Positions 55,116-64,000 of a DNA stretch of 64,000 bases are shown here, piece after piece. The position numbers and the translations under genes are program-made. Positions within the stretch are counted from its first letter, which is position 1. Every line of letters begins with the position of its first letter. The DNA comes from an uncultured Candidatus Saccharibacteria bacterium (GTDB taxonomy: Bacteria > Patescibacteriota > Minisyncoccia > Phycocordibacterales > UBA918), in assembly GCA_964643955.1 (NCBI GenBank), contig CAZXUO010000001.1, positions 171,828 through 235,827 of the forward strand, in the 5' to 3' direction. The notes under the pieces were generated by a model. The model made no database searches. It saw only the letters and a program-made list of their open reading frames with translations, and had not been told where the DNA came from.

Positions 55116-57587
55116 TTATTCGACCGGAGCTCCTTCACTCGGTGTATTTACGGGTGTAACGAGCGGCGTGTCGGTATCTTCATCGGTCGTGACTGATCCA
55201 TTCTCTTCGCTGACCTGTGGTTCTTCTGGTACTGCTTGCACTGCAGTATCCACGGTATTTACCAGACGTTCACCACGATCAAGTTTGCCGAGTAGCTCCG
55301 TTACGAGCGCATTGTCAGAATTTGTTTCAAGAAGCGTATTGAGCTCAGCGCGTGCGTCTCCCGCTCTATTGAGCTCACTATAGGTGAGTGCAAGGTAGTA
55401 ACGCGCATTTGCATACTGTGCATCAAGCGCTAGTGCCTGCTCAAGATTGGCTGCTGCATCAGCATATCGACGATCCGAGAACTGGAGGAGTCCGAGCTGG
55501 AAAAAGCGAAGCGGATTTTGCGGCTCAAGAATAGTGATTGCGCGCGCTGCATCAATCGCTCCAGCAATATTTCCCGCATCGACATCGAGCTGTGCGAGGA
55601 AGAATATCGCGTCGCTGTAGTTACGCTTCATCGCAAGTGATTCTTCAGTAAACGGACGCGCCTCGTCTTTTCGATCAGCAGCAAACGCGAGCTGTCCGAG
55701 TGAGAGTACTCGGAGCGGATTGTGTGGATCAAACTCGCGTGCCTTATCGAGCGCTTCACGCGCACGATCGTACGAACCCTCTACTTTTGCAGGCACGAGC
55801 GCAGCGTACATATTTGCAAGTACATTCCAGTTGCGCGGATCAGTCTTGTCGGCATTCACTGCTACCTGCGCTGCGTTGATACCGGTGCTAAATGCGTTGC
55901 TAAATTGCTGGCGTTGCTCTTCGGTTGGCTCAGGCACACCCATGAGCGCCTCCATGCGCGCGACTTGATATTCGGCGAGCCGTCGAGCAAAAAGATCATC
56001 GCGAGAAAACTCAAACGCTGCGACTGCTTTTTGCTCAACTTGTTCGAGCGAGCCACCGCTCACCATCGCAACTAATCCCTGATTGAAGGTGTACACGCCT
56101 ACGTAGTGTCGTCCTACAGTATAGAGCGTAAACACTGAGCCTAAGATCAGCACGAGAAATCCCACGACAAAGACAAATGCCATGCGACGATTACCACGCG
56201 TAGCCAGCTCACGCACGCGCTGCGGCATCAAGACATGCGACGACGCAGCAACGAGTCCTGTACAGAGCGCGGCCGTAAGCAGCAGTACCGCACCCGGAAC
56301 ATACACCACCGTCATACACCATATATAGAAGCCTCCGACAAAAGATGCAGTACCAATGAAATACCACGTACGGTCCGTCATGGTCGTACGCAACAGCATA
56401 CGTAATCCCGTAAAGAGATACATGCCAAAAAATACAAGCCACATGATGCCTCCCAAGATGCCGGTGGTCACGAAGAATGTCGGTACGTACCCGAAACCTG
56501 AAGGAAAGTCAGTTGCCCAGAAAATACTATCGTTGATTGAGGCATCCTTGTGAAGTCGCCACGCGTCAGTAAATCGATTTGGTCCGATACCAAAGAGTGC
56601 TTCTGAAGCGTACACGTTGCGTGTGATATCAACCGTTGCTGTAAAGGAAGGACGGACTTCGGTATACGTAATGCCCGTCATGCGCGAGACAGCACCACCA
56701 ATCGTTGCTCCACCGAGCACAAAGACGATCGACGCAACGAGTACTGCGAGCGAGATACCGATAGAGACACCTGAGACAGCCGGACGCATCTCAGTATGTG
56801 CTGCGGCAAATCGATCTTTCGTGAGGCCATAAATAAGTACCGCAAGCGAGATGAGTCCGAGGATGACCCATACTGCAAAAAAATTGATTACAGCAAGCAT
56901 GATGAGCGCGACCGCTACAACGAGACCGAAAAGCGTTTTACCAACCGTTGTAAGTCGTAGTTGCTCAAGCGCAACAAGCGAGAGGATGATGACGAGACCG
57001 AAGAAAATACCGAGGTCATTCCAGCTGCCAAGTGGTGAGAGAAGCGCACTTCCGTCAAAGACACCAAACGAGAGAAATCCTTGACCAAAGACGAGTCGCA
57101 ACACATGGAAGAATGAGAGTACGAAGGTGCTGAGCGCGAGCACAATGAAAAGGTGCATGATTGCTGCGCGGTTATCAACAAGATATGTCCATGCAGATGC
57201 TGCGAGCGCCATGAGCGCAAGAAACGCCACCGTATGTACCTCAAAAGCTTCTCCGACGAGCGCATCACGTATATCACCCGAGAGGAGTGCTGAGACAAGT
57301 GCAATAAATGTCGTCATCCAAAGCGTGACCGGAAGCCATGAAAACCACAACCGCACATTCCCACTCCGAAGTAGTGCAAAACCTGAAAGGAAGAGCGCTG
57401 CAAAGACACCGATGACCACCAAAAATATCTTTGAGTAAATAAACGGCGCAGCGGCAGTTGGGATGAAAAATACTGGGAGGAGACCAAAGACTCCGACAAG
57501 CACGTACTGAGCGATTAATGTAAACTTTGCGCCAAGCGCATCAGCAGCAGCTCCACGTTCGTGTGATGACATATGCAATGAACCCAC
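55116..57587 (-). CDS. Multi-pass membrane protein (O-antigen-ligase-like) with C-terminal TPR repeats
   Basis: More than 12 TMs with LFGIGP.F periplasmic-loop motif; TPR patterns (YANARYYLAL). Confidence 0.7.
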   Translation of the reverse strand: MGSLHMSSHERGAAADALGAKFTLIAQYVLVGVFGLLPVFFIPTAAAPFIYSKIFLVVIGVFAALFLSGFALLRSGNVRLWFSWLPVTLWMTTFIALVSALLSGDIRDALVGEAFEVHTVAFLALMALAASAWTYLVDNRAAIMHLFIVLALSTFVLSFFHVLRLVFGQGFLSFGVFDGSALLSPLGSWNDLGIFFGLVIILSLVALEQLRLTTVGKTLFGLVVAVALIMLAVINFFAVWVILGLISLAVLIYGLTKDRFAAAHTEMRPAVSGVSIGISLAVLVASIVFVLGGATIGGAVSRMTGITYTEVRPSFTATVDITRNVYASEALFGIGPNRFTDAWRLHKDASINDSIFWATDFPSGFGYVPTFFVTTGILGGIMWLVFFGMYLFTGLRMLLRTTMTDRTWYFIGTASFVGGFYIWCMTVVYVPGAVLLLTAALCTGLVAASSHVLMPQRVRELATRGNRRMAFVFVVGFLVLILGSVFTLYTVGRHYVGVYTFNQGLVAMVSGGSLEQVEQKAVAAFEFSRDDLFARRLAEYQVARMEALMGVPEPTEEQRQQFSNAFSTGINAAQVAVNADKTDPRNWNVLANMYAALVPAKVEGSYDRAREALDKAREFDPHNPLRVLSLGQLAFAADRKDEARPFTEESLAMKRNYSDAIFFLAQLDVDAGNIAGAIDAARAITILEPQNPLRFFQLGLLQFSDRRYADAAANLEQALALDAQYANARYYLALTYSELNRAGDARAELNTLLETNSDNALVTELLGKLDRGERLVNTVDTAVQAVPEEPQVSEENGSVTTDEDTDTPLVTPVNTPSEGAPVE

Positions 57588-57632
57588 TTCGATTACTTAT
57601 ACCTCGTAATACATATCAGCATATCATGAACG

Positions 57633-57660
57633 AACAACAGCCCCCGAAGGGGCTGTTGTT
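57633..57660 (-). terminator. Terminator after RNase P RNA
   Basis: AACAACAGCCCC-CGAA-GGGGCTGTTGTT. Confidence 0.75.
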
Positions 57661-57665
57661 TTCTG

Positions 57666-58017
57666 GTGCCGATAAGCCGAATTCTGTACGCAGATATACT
57701 CTGCGTGATAGTCATTTATCTGGGATGATTGTTACCAATCACCTCAAGCGGCACTTCTTTTGTAGGCATATGCTGCTACAAAAGACACGGCCTTGCGCGC
57801 AGGTAGGAATTTAGCCGTTTCACCTCGCACGTCGCCATGCAAGCTCATCTCATCATTGCTGATGAGATGCTCTCATCCTTTCGTAGAGAGCGTCTCTGCT
57901 CGCATCCCGAAGATTTCTCTCGATGGGCGTTACCCACTACCGTCCTCCTCTATTGCTAGAGGGCGTGTTCGGACTTTCCTCCCGCACCCATATTAGGTAC
58001 GAGCGACTATCTGGCAC
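57666..58017 (-). ncRNA. rnpB: RNase P RNA
   Basis: Minus strand GAGGAAAGTCCG near the 5' end and ACAGAATTCGGCTTAT near the 3' end; GTGCC/GGCAC P1 closure. Confidence 0.92.
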
Positions 58018-58042
58018 AACAATATTATACAATACGAAACAA

Positions 58043-58531
58043 TTATCGCAAGTCTTCAGGAATGAGGTACTGCGGAAGAGTAAGCGTATCCCCTATCTTA
58101 ATTCCAAATGATTCTGCGTACGTGCCGTTGGTCTCAATCACGAAGCGTGCGGGTGTGCGCGGCTCAAATGCTTGTGGAAATGTATCAGGACGCATCTCGC
58201 TTTTTATATCAACCACTTTGAAATTTTCATCAATCCAAATAACATCAATCACGATCAGCATGTCTTTCATCCAGATGCGATGATAATCGCTTTCATCAAA
58301 AATAAAGAGCATGCCCTCAGTCGGTCCGAGCGCTGTGCGGCCACTAAGACCTTGCGCACGCAACTCAGGTGTATCAGCAATCGATACTCGTATCGGAACA
58401 TTCTCAATACGAATCACTGGATTTTCACTATTTGAAGGAGGTGTCACAAACGGTATTGTCCCACCAGAAAAATAAACAAACGCACCACCAATAACAACTA
58501 AAACGACGACGAGAATAAGTGCCTTCTGCAT
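58043..58531 (-). CDS. DUF192 family protein
   Basis: ADTP..R..GLS.R, GMLF.F, WMK.M…DVIWI, FVIE. Confidence 0.9.
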   Translation of the reverse strand: MQKALILVVVLVVIGGAFVYFSGGTIPFVTPPSNSENPVIRIENVPIRVSIADTPELRAQGLSGRTALGPTEGMLFIFDESDYHRIWMKDMLIVIDVIWIDENFKVVDIKSEMRPDTFPQAFEPRTPARFVIETNGTYAESFGIKIGDTLTLPQYLIPEDLR

Positions 58532-58573
58532 ACCCCTCAATAATAGCACGTGTATTTTGGTGGTGCGCAAACT

Positions 58574-58609
58574 ATACACAAAAGCGCCCGTACGGGCGCT
58601 TTTGTGTAT
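58574..58609. terminator. Perfect palindrome terminator
   Basis: ATACACAAAAGCGCCCGTACGGGCGCTTTTGTGTAT. Confidence 0.75.
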
Positions 58610-58622
58610 CTACGCATCAAAC

Positions 58623-61600
58623 CTACGGACACGAGTACGAGAAGGTCGACCCTGCAAACGCTTCGTGTACAAGGTTGTAGAGATTAAGATCGTATTGCTG
58701 CAACTCGGACTTTGTATTTACGTAATTGTGAATACCATTTGGATTTGTTGCTTGGAGATTTGTGTTGAAGTACGACTGCACACCCTCTGCCCAATATTCT
58801 TCGTGATTAGTGCGTGCGTACGTATTTGCCCACAAGCCTGCTGACATTGCTACCTGGTATGCCTGCTGTACTCGACCGACAAATGATCCATCGAGACCGA
58901 GATTGAGAATTGAGTGTGCAAATTCGTGCACAAAGACGCTCTCTCCGCGGTATCGATCAGCGGTATAACAGAGGAGATTTTCTTCAGCTGCTGTTGAGTA
59001 CGGCATAAACGTGGTGCCGCCGAGACCACGTGCGCGGTTGTCCCAATCCGTTCCTGGGAACTGCGAGTAGAGATTGCGGTGCTCTGGAATATCAGTCGTC
59101 ACTTCATTCTTTGACATGATACCCACGCGATGTCCGTTTCCGTTCATCGTGACAAATACATCAGCGCGCTTCTCGAGCATACGTGACGCAAGTCGAGCGG
59201 CTTCAGCAACCGCAGCATTTGGCGTAGCCGAAGATGCGGCAAAACGCATACCCTTATAATCGCAATACTTGTCGTACCACGGATCAAGTCCGAGACCCTG
59301 TGCTTCACTATCACTAATCGTTCTCACCGTACACACTGCTGATGCCTGCGGTGTCTGTGGTTGCGTCGGAGTGGTTGGTGTCGTTGGTTGTGTTGGTACC
59401 GTCGGCTGCGTGACCACGGGTGCAGTTACCTTAAACGAGATCGAGCTACAGTTATTATTTTCGTTTGACTCTCCGACAAGATTGGTCACATCTGCGCAGA
59501 AATAGACGCGATGATCTCCAGCGGTCGGCGACCATACGATAGACACCGGTGCCGAGAGACCTCCTGCGGTAATTCCGGTTACAAGCGGATCAATTCCACC
59601 AATACGACCACTCGAAGATGTACATGATTCATTGTTGAGACAGAACCGTGTGTAGAAGACATCCGCAATACCCCCTGTGTTACGCACATTCGCCATAAAT
59701 GTGATTGGCGTACCTGCAACGAGCGTGTTCGTGAGTCGTGTAAGACCTTCAGGACGAAGTTCTGGCAATACTGGTGCCTGAACGGGTGGTACATAGATTG
59801 GCTGCTGCGGCGTCTGCGGTTGTTGTGGTGCTGATGGCGCTCCTACTCCCGTACCATTTCCTGAAAGATAATTCATGACCGGCGTGTACGCAGGCTTTCG
59901 TGAATCACCTCCCTGACGCACCAGACCAAAACTATTTTCGGTGGTCTCAAAGTCAGCATTACCAATACCCGACCAATCAGAATCACGATATTCGTATACA
60001 AGCACTGGCGAGATACCAACTGCTGAGATTGCCTGCACTGACTTCAAGATAATGTCAGTCTGCTGCGATTCACTTCTTCCTGGACCTTGTGATGCCATTC
60101 CCGTCTCAGCGGTGTAGATACGCTTTTCAGGATAGCGATTCTTTAGTTGGCCAAAGAATGACGGAATCTGATCGAATGCGCGCTGATAGTTTGCGTCAAT
60201 TCCCTGCCCAGGCAGATACACGTCCATACCGATCCAGTCGATTGAAGGACGTACTGCGTCAATAAATGCGAAGAGTCGATTGAGATTTTGTGCGGTCATT
60301 GCCTCAGTGACGCCAGGTGCGCCTGAGATAGACATCGTGATTGGCGCACTGCTGTGAGCGCGGATAGCCGAGCGAGCAACCGCCATCGTCTCACCAAGCT
60401 CTGAGAGATACGACGTGCGCATCGCGAGCGTGTCGGCAGAATCCCAATTTGAGAAGGTGCGATTTGCGAGTGCACCAGGACGGAGATCAGGGAGTGTCCA
60501 ATTTGGCTCCCACAGATGATTACCCGTTCGATAGTCGGTGATGTTTGCTTCGTTGGTCACCTGCCAGAGATCGACATTGCCCGCAAACTGTCGCGCGAGG
60601 TAGTCCATGTGTGTACGCGTGAGTTCAAGATATTCACTATGAGTGAATTGTTGTGAACGCGCATTCAAACGCGGAATAAGGTTGAGCTGTACTTTAAGTC
60701 CTTTTGATTTTGCGTACGCAACGGCTTCCTTGTATCGATCGATGTGCGCTTGATTGAAGGTGATGTTTGTTGGACTTGCGATGTTGAGCATCGTGTCCCA
60801 CTCCTGTACATAGAGACGCACCCACGCAACCTCACCTGCGATATCATCGATTGCGCGCTTGAAGTCAGCAAGTACGGGGCCGTCTGCGGTATTACTTGAG
60901 CCTTGCATCTGTACTGTAAATCCAAATTCTGCGCTACCTCCAACAACCGGAGGAATCACCGGCTCAACAGGAACAACCGGTACTACAGGCACGACAGGAG
61001 GAACGACAGCTCCTGAGACCTCAAGCTCGATTGAAGCGCAGTTATTGTCTCGATTTACCTCAGGCACATCATCGTCTGTGTTTACACAGAAATAAAGTGT
61101 GTGGTCTCCCGCTTCTGCAGTCCATGTGCGCGATACTGGCAACGACGTCTCTCCTGACTGGAGTGGCAAACCTTGTGCAGAGACACGATGACCCGGATTA
61201 AGTCGGCCATTTGCATTCGTCAAACAATTTGGATTGTCGATACAGAAACGCGCCCATGAGTCTGGTGCAGGAGCATTACCGATATTTCGAATGTACGCGA
61301 TAAATGTCACGTACGAACCTGTCGTGATTGGCCCCGTGCCAATACGAGCAACTCCTGTTGGTACAAGATCGTGCTGGCCTATCGGCGTTGGAATGATTGG
61401 TGTTTCAATATCAGGAACTTCTATCGGATACGTAGGGACGACTGGGACCGTCGGCGTCACGGGTACGATCGGCACTTGAGCAGCAGTTCCCTCCACATAC
61501 ACCGGAAATGAGGTGCAGTTGTTGTCTTCGTTTGATTCAGTGACTGCCCTGCTTACATCTGCACAGAAATAAATCGTATGTGTACCTCCGGTCGCAGTCC

Positions 61601-63953
61601 ACGTGGCTGCAACCGGAGTTGAGACGGTGTTTTGACTCATTATTCCGATCGTATGGCTTGAACCGATCGTACCTGCTGAACTATCGAGACACTCGTCGTT
61701 GTCAACGCAAAAACGTGCCTGCGATGTACCTGCGACGCCGCCGAGATTGCGCACATTTGAGAGAAATGTCACGGGATCGCCTGCGCGAATAATGCCTGTG
61801 CCTAGGCGTGTGAAATTGACTGGATTGAGATCAGGCTGGATGGTAGTAACCGGAGGTACTACCTGTGTTTGAGAGACAACCGTAACAGTAACGTGCGCGC
61901 AGTTGTTATTTTCGTTTGATTCACTAAGTGCTCGAGTAACATCGGTACAGAAATATACCGTGTACGTTCCTGCGCTCGAAGGGACCCAGCTACGAGTTAC
62001 GAGGCCATGAGTCTGAGATTGCTGGAGTGATGGGATGCTCTGATCAGTACCAAGACGTCCAGACGTACTTGTCGTGCAGTTTTCATTATCAACGCATATA
62101 CGTGCGAATGATGAATTTGCAACTCCACCAGCATTCCCGACATATCCCATCACACTAATCGGTGTACCGAGGTACACCGCACCCGCAGGTGACGCAGAGA
62201 ATCCAGAAACATAGAGATCGGGCTGGATCGTCGTTACCGGAGGTACGATAGGCTCAGAAACAGTCGCCGCGTTTACACTAAAAGTGAGTGACGTACAGTT
62301 GTTGTCTTCGTTTGATTCAGTCACCTGTGCACTTGGACTTGGATCTGCGCAGAAATAAATCGTGTGCGTACCCGCGGTCGCAGCCCACGTACTTGAAGTC
62401 ATCGTGCGACTCGTTTGATTGCTTCCGAGCGATCCACCTGAAGTCGAGAGTCGATGTCCGTCGCCAAGTCGCGTATTTGCCGAACCATAGCAATCTCCTT
62501 CCCCTCGACTATCGATACAAAAGCGCGCCCACGAGTCAGGGGCTGTTGCATTACCGTAGTTGCGGACTGCAGCAGAAAATACGACCGGCTGCCCCGCAGT
62601 AATTGCTCCCGATGGCGAACGCATGAGGTTGATCGGAATAAGATCCGCACGCAATGTCGGCGCTTCTACCGGCGCATTCACGCTGAAAGAAAGTGACGTA
62701 CAGTTGTTTGAAAGGGATCCTTCTGCTACGCGCGGGTTACCAGTATTGGCACACATATAGACCGTGTGATTGCCTGCGACTGCTGTCCACGTGCGTGCTT
62801 GTGACGCAGAACTATTTGGATCGAGCGCGGGAATAGTCTGATCTGAACCGATGTACCCTGCGTCATTGTTAAGACAATCTGCATTGTTGAGACAGAAACG
62901 CACCCACGGCCCACCCACCGAACGAGTCGCGCCTACGTTGCGCACTGAACCAGAGAAGGTCATGAGCTGGCCAGCGGTTATCGTCCCTGATGGCGAACGC
63001 GTGAGATTGATCGCAGAAAAATCAGCAGGAGTTGCGACAGGTGCAGTGCCTACGCTAAACGTCATTGACGTACAGTTGTTACTTTCGTTTGACTCATTGA
63101 CCTGCGGACTTGGACTTGGGTCTGCACAGAAATAAATCGTGTGCGTGCCTTGCGTTGCGGTCCATGTACGTGATGCAGACGAGGACGTCTGACCTGCGGG
63201 GAGCGGACTTCCCGATTCAGAAAGTCGATGACCAGGATCGAGACGGCCGTTTGTTGACGTGAGACAGCTTGAATTATCGATACAGAAGCGTGCCCATGAG
63301 TCGGGTGCTTCTGCGGTACCTTGGTTGCGCACCGCCGCGGTAAAGGTTACTTCTGTACCCGCAGTCAATGTGCCTGATGGTGAGCGCGAGAGACCAACAG
63401 GAATGAGGTCTGCACGCGCTGAAGAAGACGTATCGGTTGCTGCATTCACGGTAAACGTGAGCGAAGCACAGTTGTTGTTGAGTGTACTTTCTGGTACAGG
63501 AGGGTTACCAGTGTTTACACAAAAGTATGCCGTATGAGTACCGGCAGTCGCATTCCATGCACGCGTGTATGTATCTGACACCTGATCAGCATTGAGTGCC
63601 GTTGTCGACGGATCAAAACCTATGTGACCCGTATCGCTCGTCAAACAATTTGGATTATCGATACAGAAGCGTGCCCATGGTGCGTATGGATTGTCACCAC
63701 CTTGATTGCGTACTGCCGCAGAAAAATAAACCTGCGACCCTTCAGTGATCGTGCCCGAAGGATTGCGTGAGAAGTTTGCAGGCACAAGATCAGGTGTACC
63801 TGATGTCTGCGCCACCATACTTCCCTGCAACAGCTGCACCAAACGCTCAAGAAGCGACACCTGCGTCACGAGTGACGACGATGTCTGTGCGAACGCAGGC
63901 ATTGCGATAGCAAAAGCGAGTGTGAGCGAAAGGATTCCGGTAGTTAATCTCAT
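58623..63953 (-). CDS. Large secreted protein: 8 CARDB-like repeats, GH-A-clan glycosidase domain and zinc metallopeptidase
   Basis: Signal peptide; repeats xDL…VRN.G…RFC.DN..C…G.HT.YFC.D….ESNE.NNC; WQVTNE and YTAETG; HEFAH…EYWAE. Confidence 0.8.
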   Translation of the reverse strand: MRLTTGILSLTLAFAIAMPAFAQTSSSLVTQVSLLERLVQLLQGSMVAQTSGTPDLVPANFSRNPSGTITEGSQVYFSAAVRNQGGDNPYAPWARFCIDNPNCLTSDTGHIGFDPSTTALNADQVSDTYTRAWNATAGTHTAYFCVNTGNPPVPESTLNNNCASLTFTVNAATDTSSSARADLIPVGLSRSPSGTLTAGTEVTFTAAVRNQGTAEAPDSWARFCIDNSSCLTSTNGRLDPGHRLSESGSPLPAGQTSSSASRTWTATQGTHTIYFCADPSPSPQVNESNESNNCTSMTFSVGTAPVATPADFSAINLTRSPSGTITAGQLMTFSGSVRNVGATRSVGGPWVRFCLNNADCLNNDAGYIGSDQTIPALDPNSSASQARTWTAVAGNHTVYMCANTGNPRVAEGSLSNNCTSLSFSVNAPVEAPTLRADLIPINLMRSPSGAITAGQPVVFSAAVRNYGNATAPDSWARFCIDSRGEGDCYGSANTRLGDGHRLSTSGGSLGSNQTSRTMTSSTWAATAGTHTIYFCADPSPSAQVTESNEDNNCTSLTFSVNAATVSEPIVPPVTTIQPDLYVSGFSASPAGAVYLGTPISVMGYVGNAGGVANSSFARICVDNENCTTSTSGRLGTDQSIPSLQQSQTHGLVTRSWVPSSAGTYTVYFCTDVTRALSESNENNNCAHVTVTVVSQTQVVPPVTTIQPDLNPVNFTRLGTGIIRAGDPVTFLSNVRNLGGVAGTSQARFCVDNDECLDSSAGTIGSSHTIGIMSQNTVSTPVAATWTATGGTHTIYFCADVSRAVTESNEDNNCTSFPVYVEGTAAQVPIVPVTPTVPVVPTYPIEVPDIETPIIPTPIGQHDLVPTGVARIGTGPITTGSYVTFIAYIRNIGNAPAPDSWARFCIDNPNCLTNANGRLNPGHRVSAQGLPLQSGETSLPVSRTWTAEAGDHTLYFCVNTDDDVPEVNRDNNCASIELEVSGAVVPPVVPVVPVVPVEPVIPPVVGGSAEFGFTVQMQGSSNTADGPVLADFKRAIDDIAGEVAWVRLYVQEWDTMLNIASPTNITFNQAHIDRYKEAVAYAKSKGLKVQLNLIPRLNARSQQFTHSEYLELTRTHMDYLARQFAGNVDLWQVTNEANITDYRTGNHLWEPNWTLPDLRPGALANRTFSNWDSADTLAMRTSYLSELGETMAVARSAIRAHSSAPITMSISGAPGVTEAMTAQNLNRLFAFIDAVRPSIDWIGMDVYLPGQGIDANYQRAFDQIPSFFGQLKNRYPEKRIYTAETGMASQGPGRSESQQTDIILKSVQAISAVGISPVLVYEYRDSDWSGIGNADFETTENSFGLVRQGGDSRKPAYTPVMNYLSGNGTGVGAPSAPQQPQTPQQPIYVPPVQAPVLPELRPEGLTRLTNTLVAGTPITFMANVRNTGGIADVFYTRFCLNNESCTSSSGRIGGIDPLVTGITAGGLSAPVSIVWSPTAGDHRVYFCADVTNLVGESNENNNCSSISFKVTAPVVTQPTVPTQPTTPTTPTQPQTPQASAVCTVRTISDSEAQGLGLDPWYDKYCDYKGMRFAASSATPNAAVAEAARLASRMLEKRADVFVTMNGNGHRVGIMSKNEVTTDIPEHRNLYSQFPGTDWDNRARGLGGTTFMPYSTAAEENLLCYTADRYRGESVFVHEFAHSILNLGLDGSFVGRVQQAYQVAMSAGLWANTYARTNHEEYWAEGVQSYFNTNLQATNPNGIHNYVNTKSELQQYDLNLYNLVHEAFAGSTFSYSCP

Positions 63954-64000
63954 ACGAAAATTATTAAATGGTTATGCTGATCATGTATCTTCTTCTACTT

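Noticed and set aside
54352-55383. 343-aa + strand ORF
   Set aside because: Antisense shadow of murJ and the TPR gene, with no recognisable motifs
61000-63800. Recurring nucleotide repeats as a possible DGR or CRISPR
   Set aside because: They correspond to CARDB protein repeats; no reverse transcriptase or adenine-specific variation is evident

Overview
A 64-kb bacterial chromosomal segment in standard genetic code. Compact genes, short-leader or leaderless starts and the gene content suggest a Patescibacteria/CPR (Parcubacteria-like) genome; this assignment is inference. Housekeeping genes include rpsA, tyrS, pth, lepB, a degenerate HisRS paralogue, bS21-like, ybeY, ftsA, ftsZ, trxB, tsaD, valS, lepA, murJ, RNase P RNA and five tRNAs. 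They flank a ~21-kb accessory island (23.7-44.8 kb) that looks like a complete extracellular-matrix system. It has a PilZ-less cellulose-synthase-like GT2 flanked by two GH8 hydrolases, a putative polyprenyl-phosphate sugar decoration module, a SipW peptidase with three TasA-fold proteins, a class F sortase with its substrate, and an IcaA/NodC-like GT2 with a small membrane protein and a CE4 deacetylase. Other notable items: related 140-190-bp structured inserts bounded by duplicated tRNA 3' ends at three tRNAs, self-contained orphan mini-gene cassettes, an alternative-oxidase-like protein, a DnaA-box cluster, and a 1776-aa CARDB-repeat glycosidase/metalloprotease fusion. No CRISPR array, integrase, transposase or rRNA was seen. 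Product calls come from motif recognition, not database searches.
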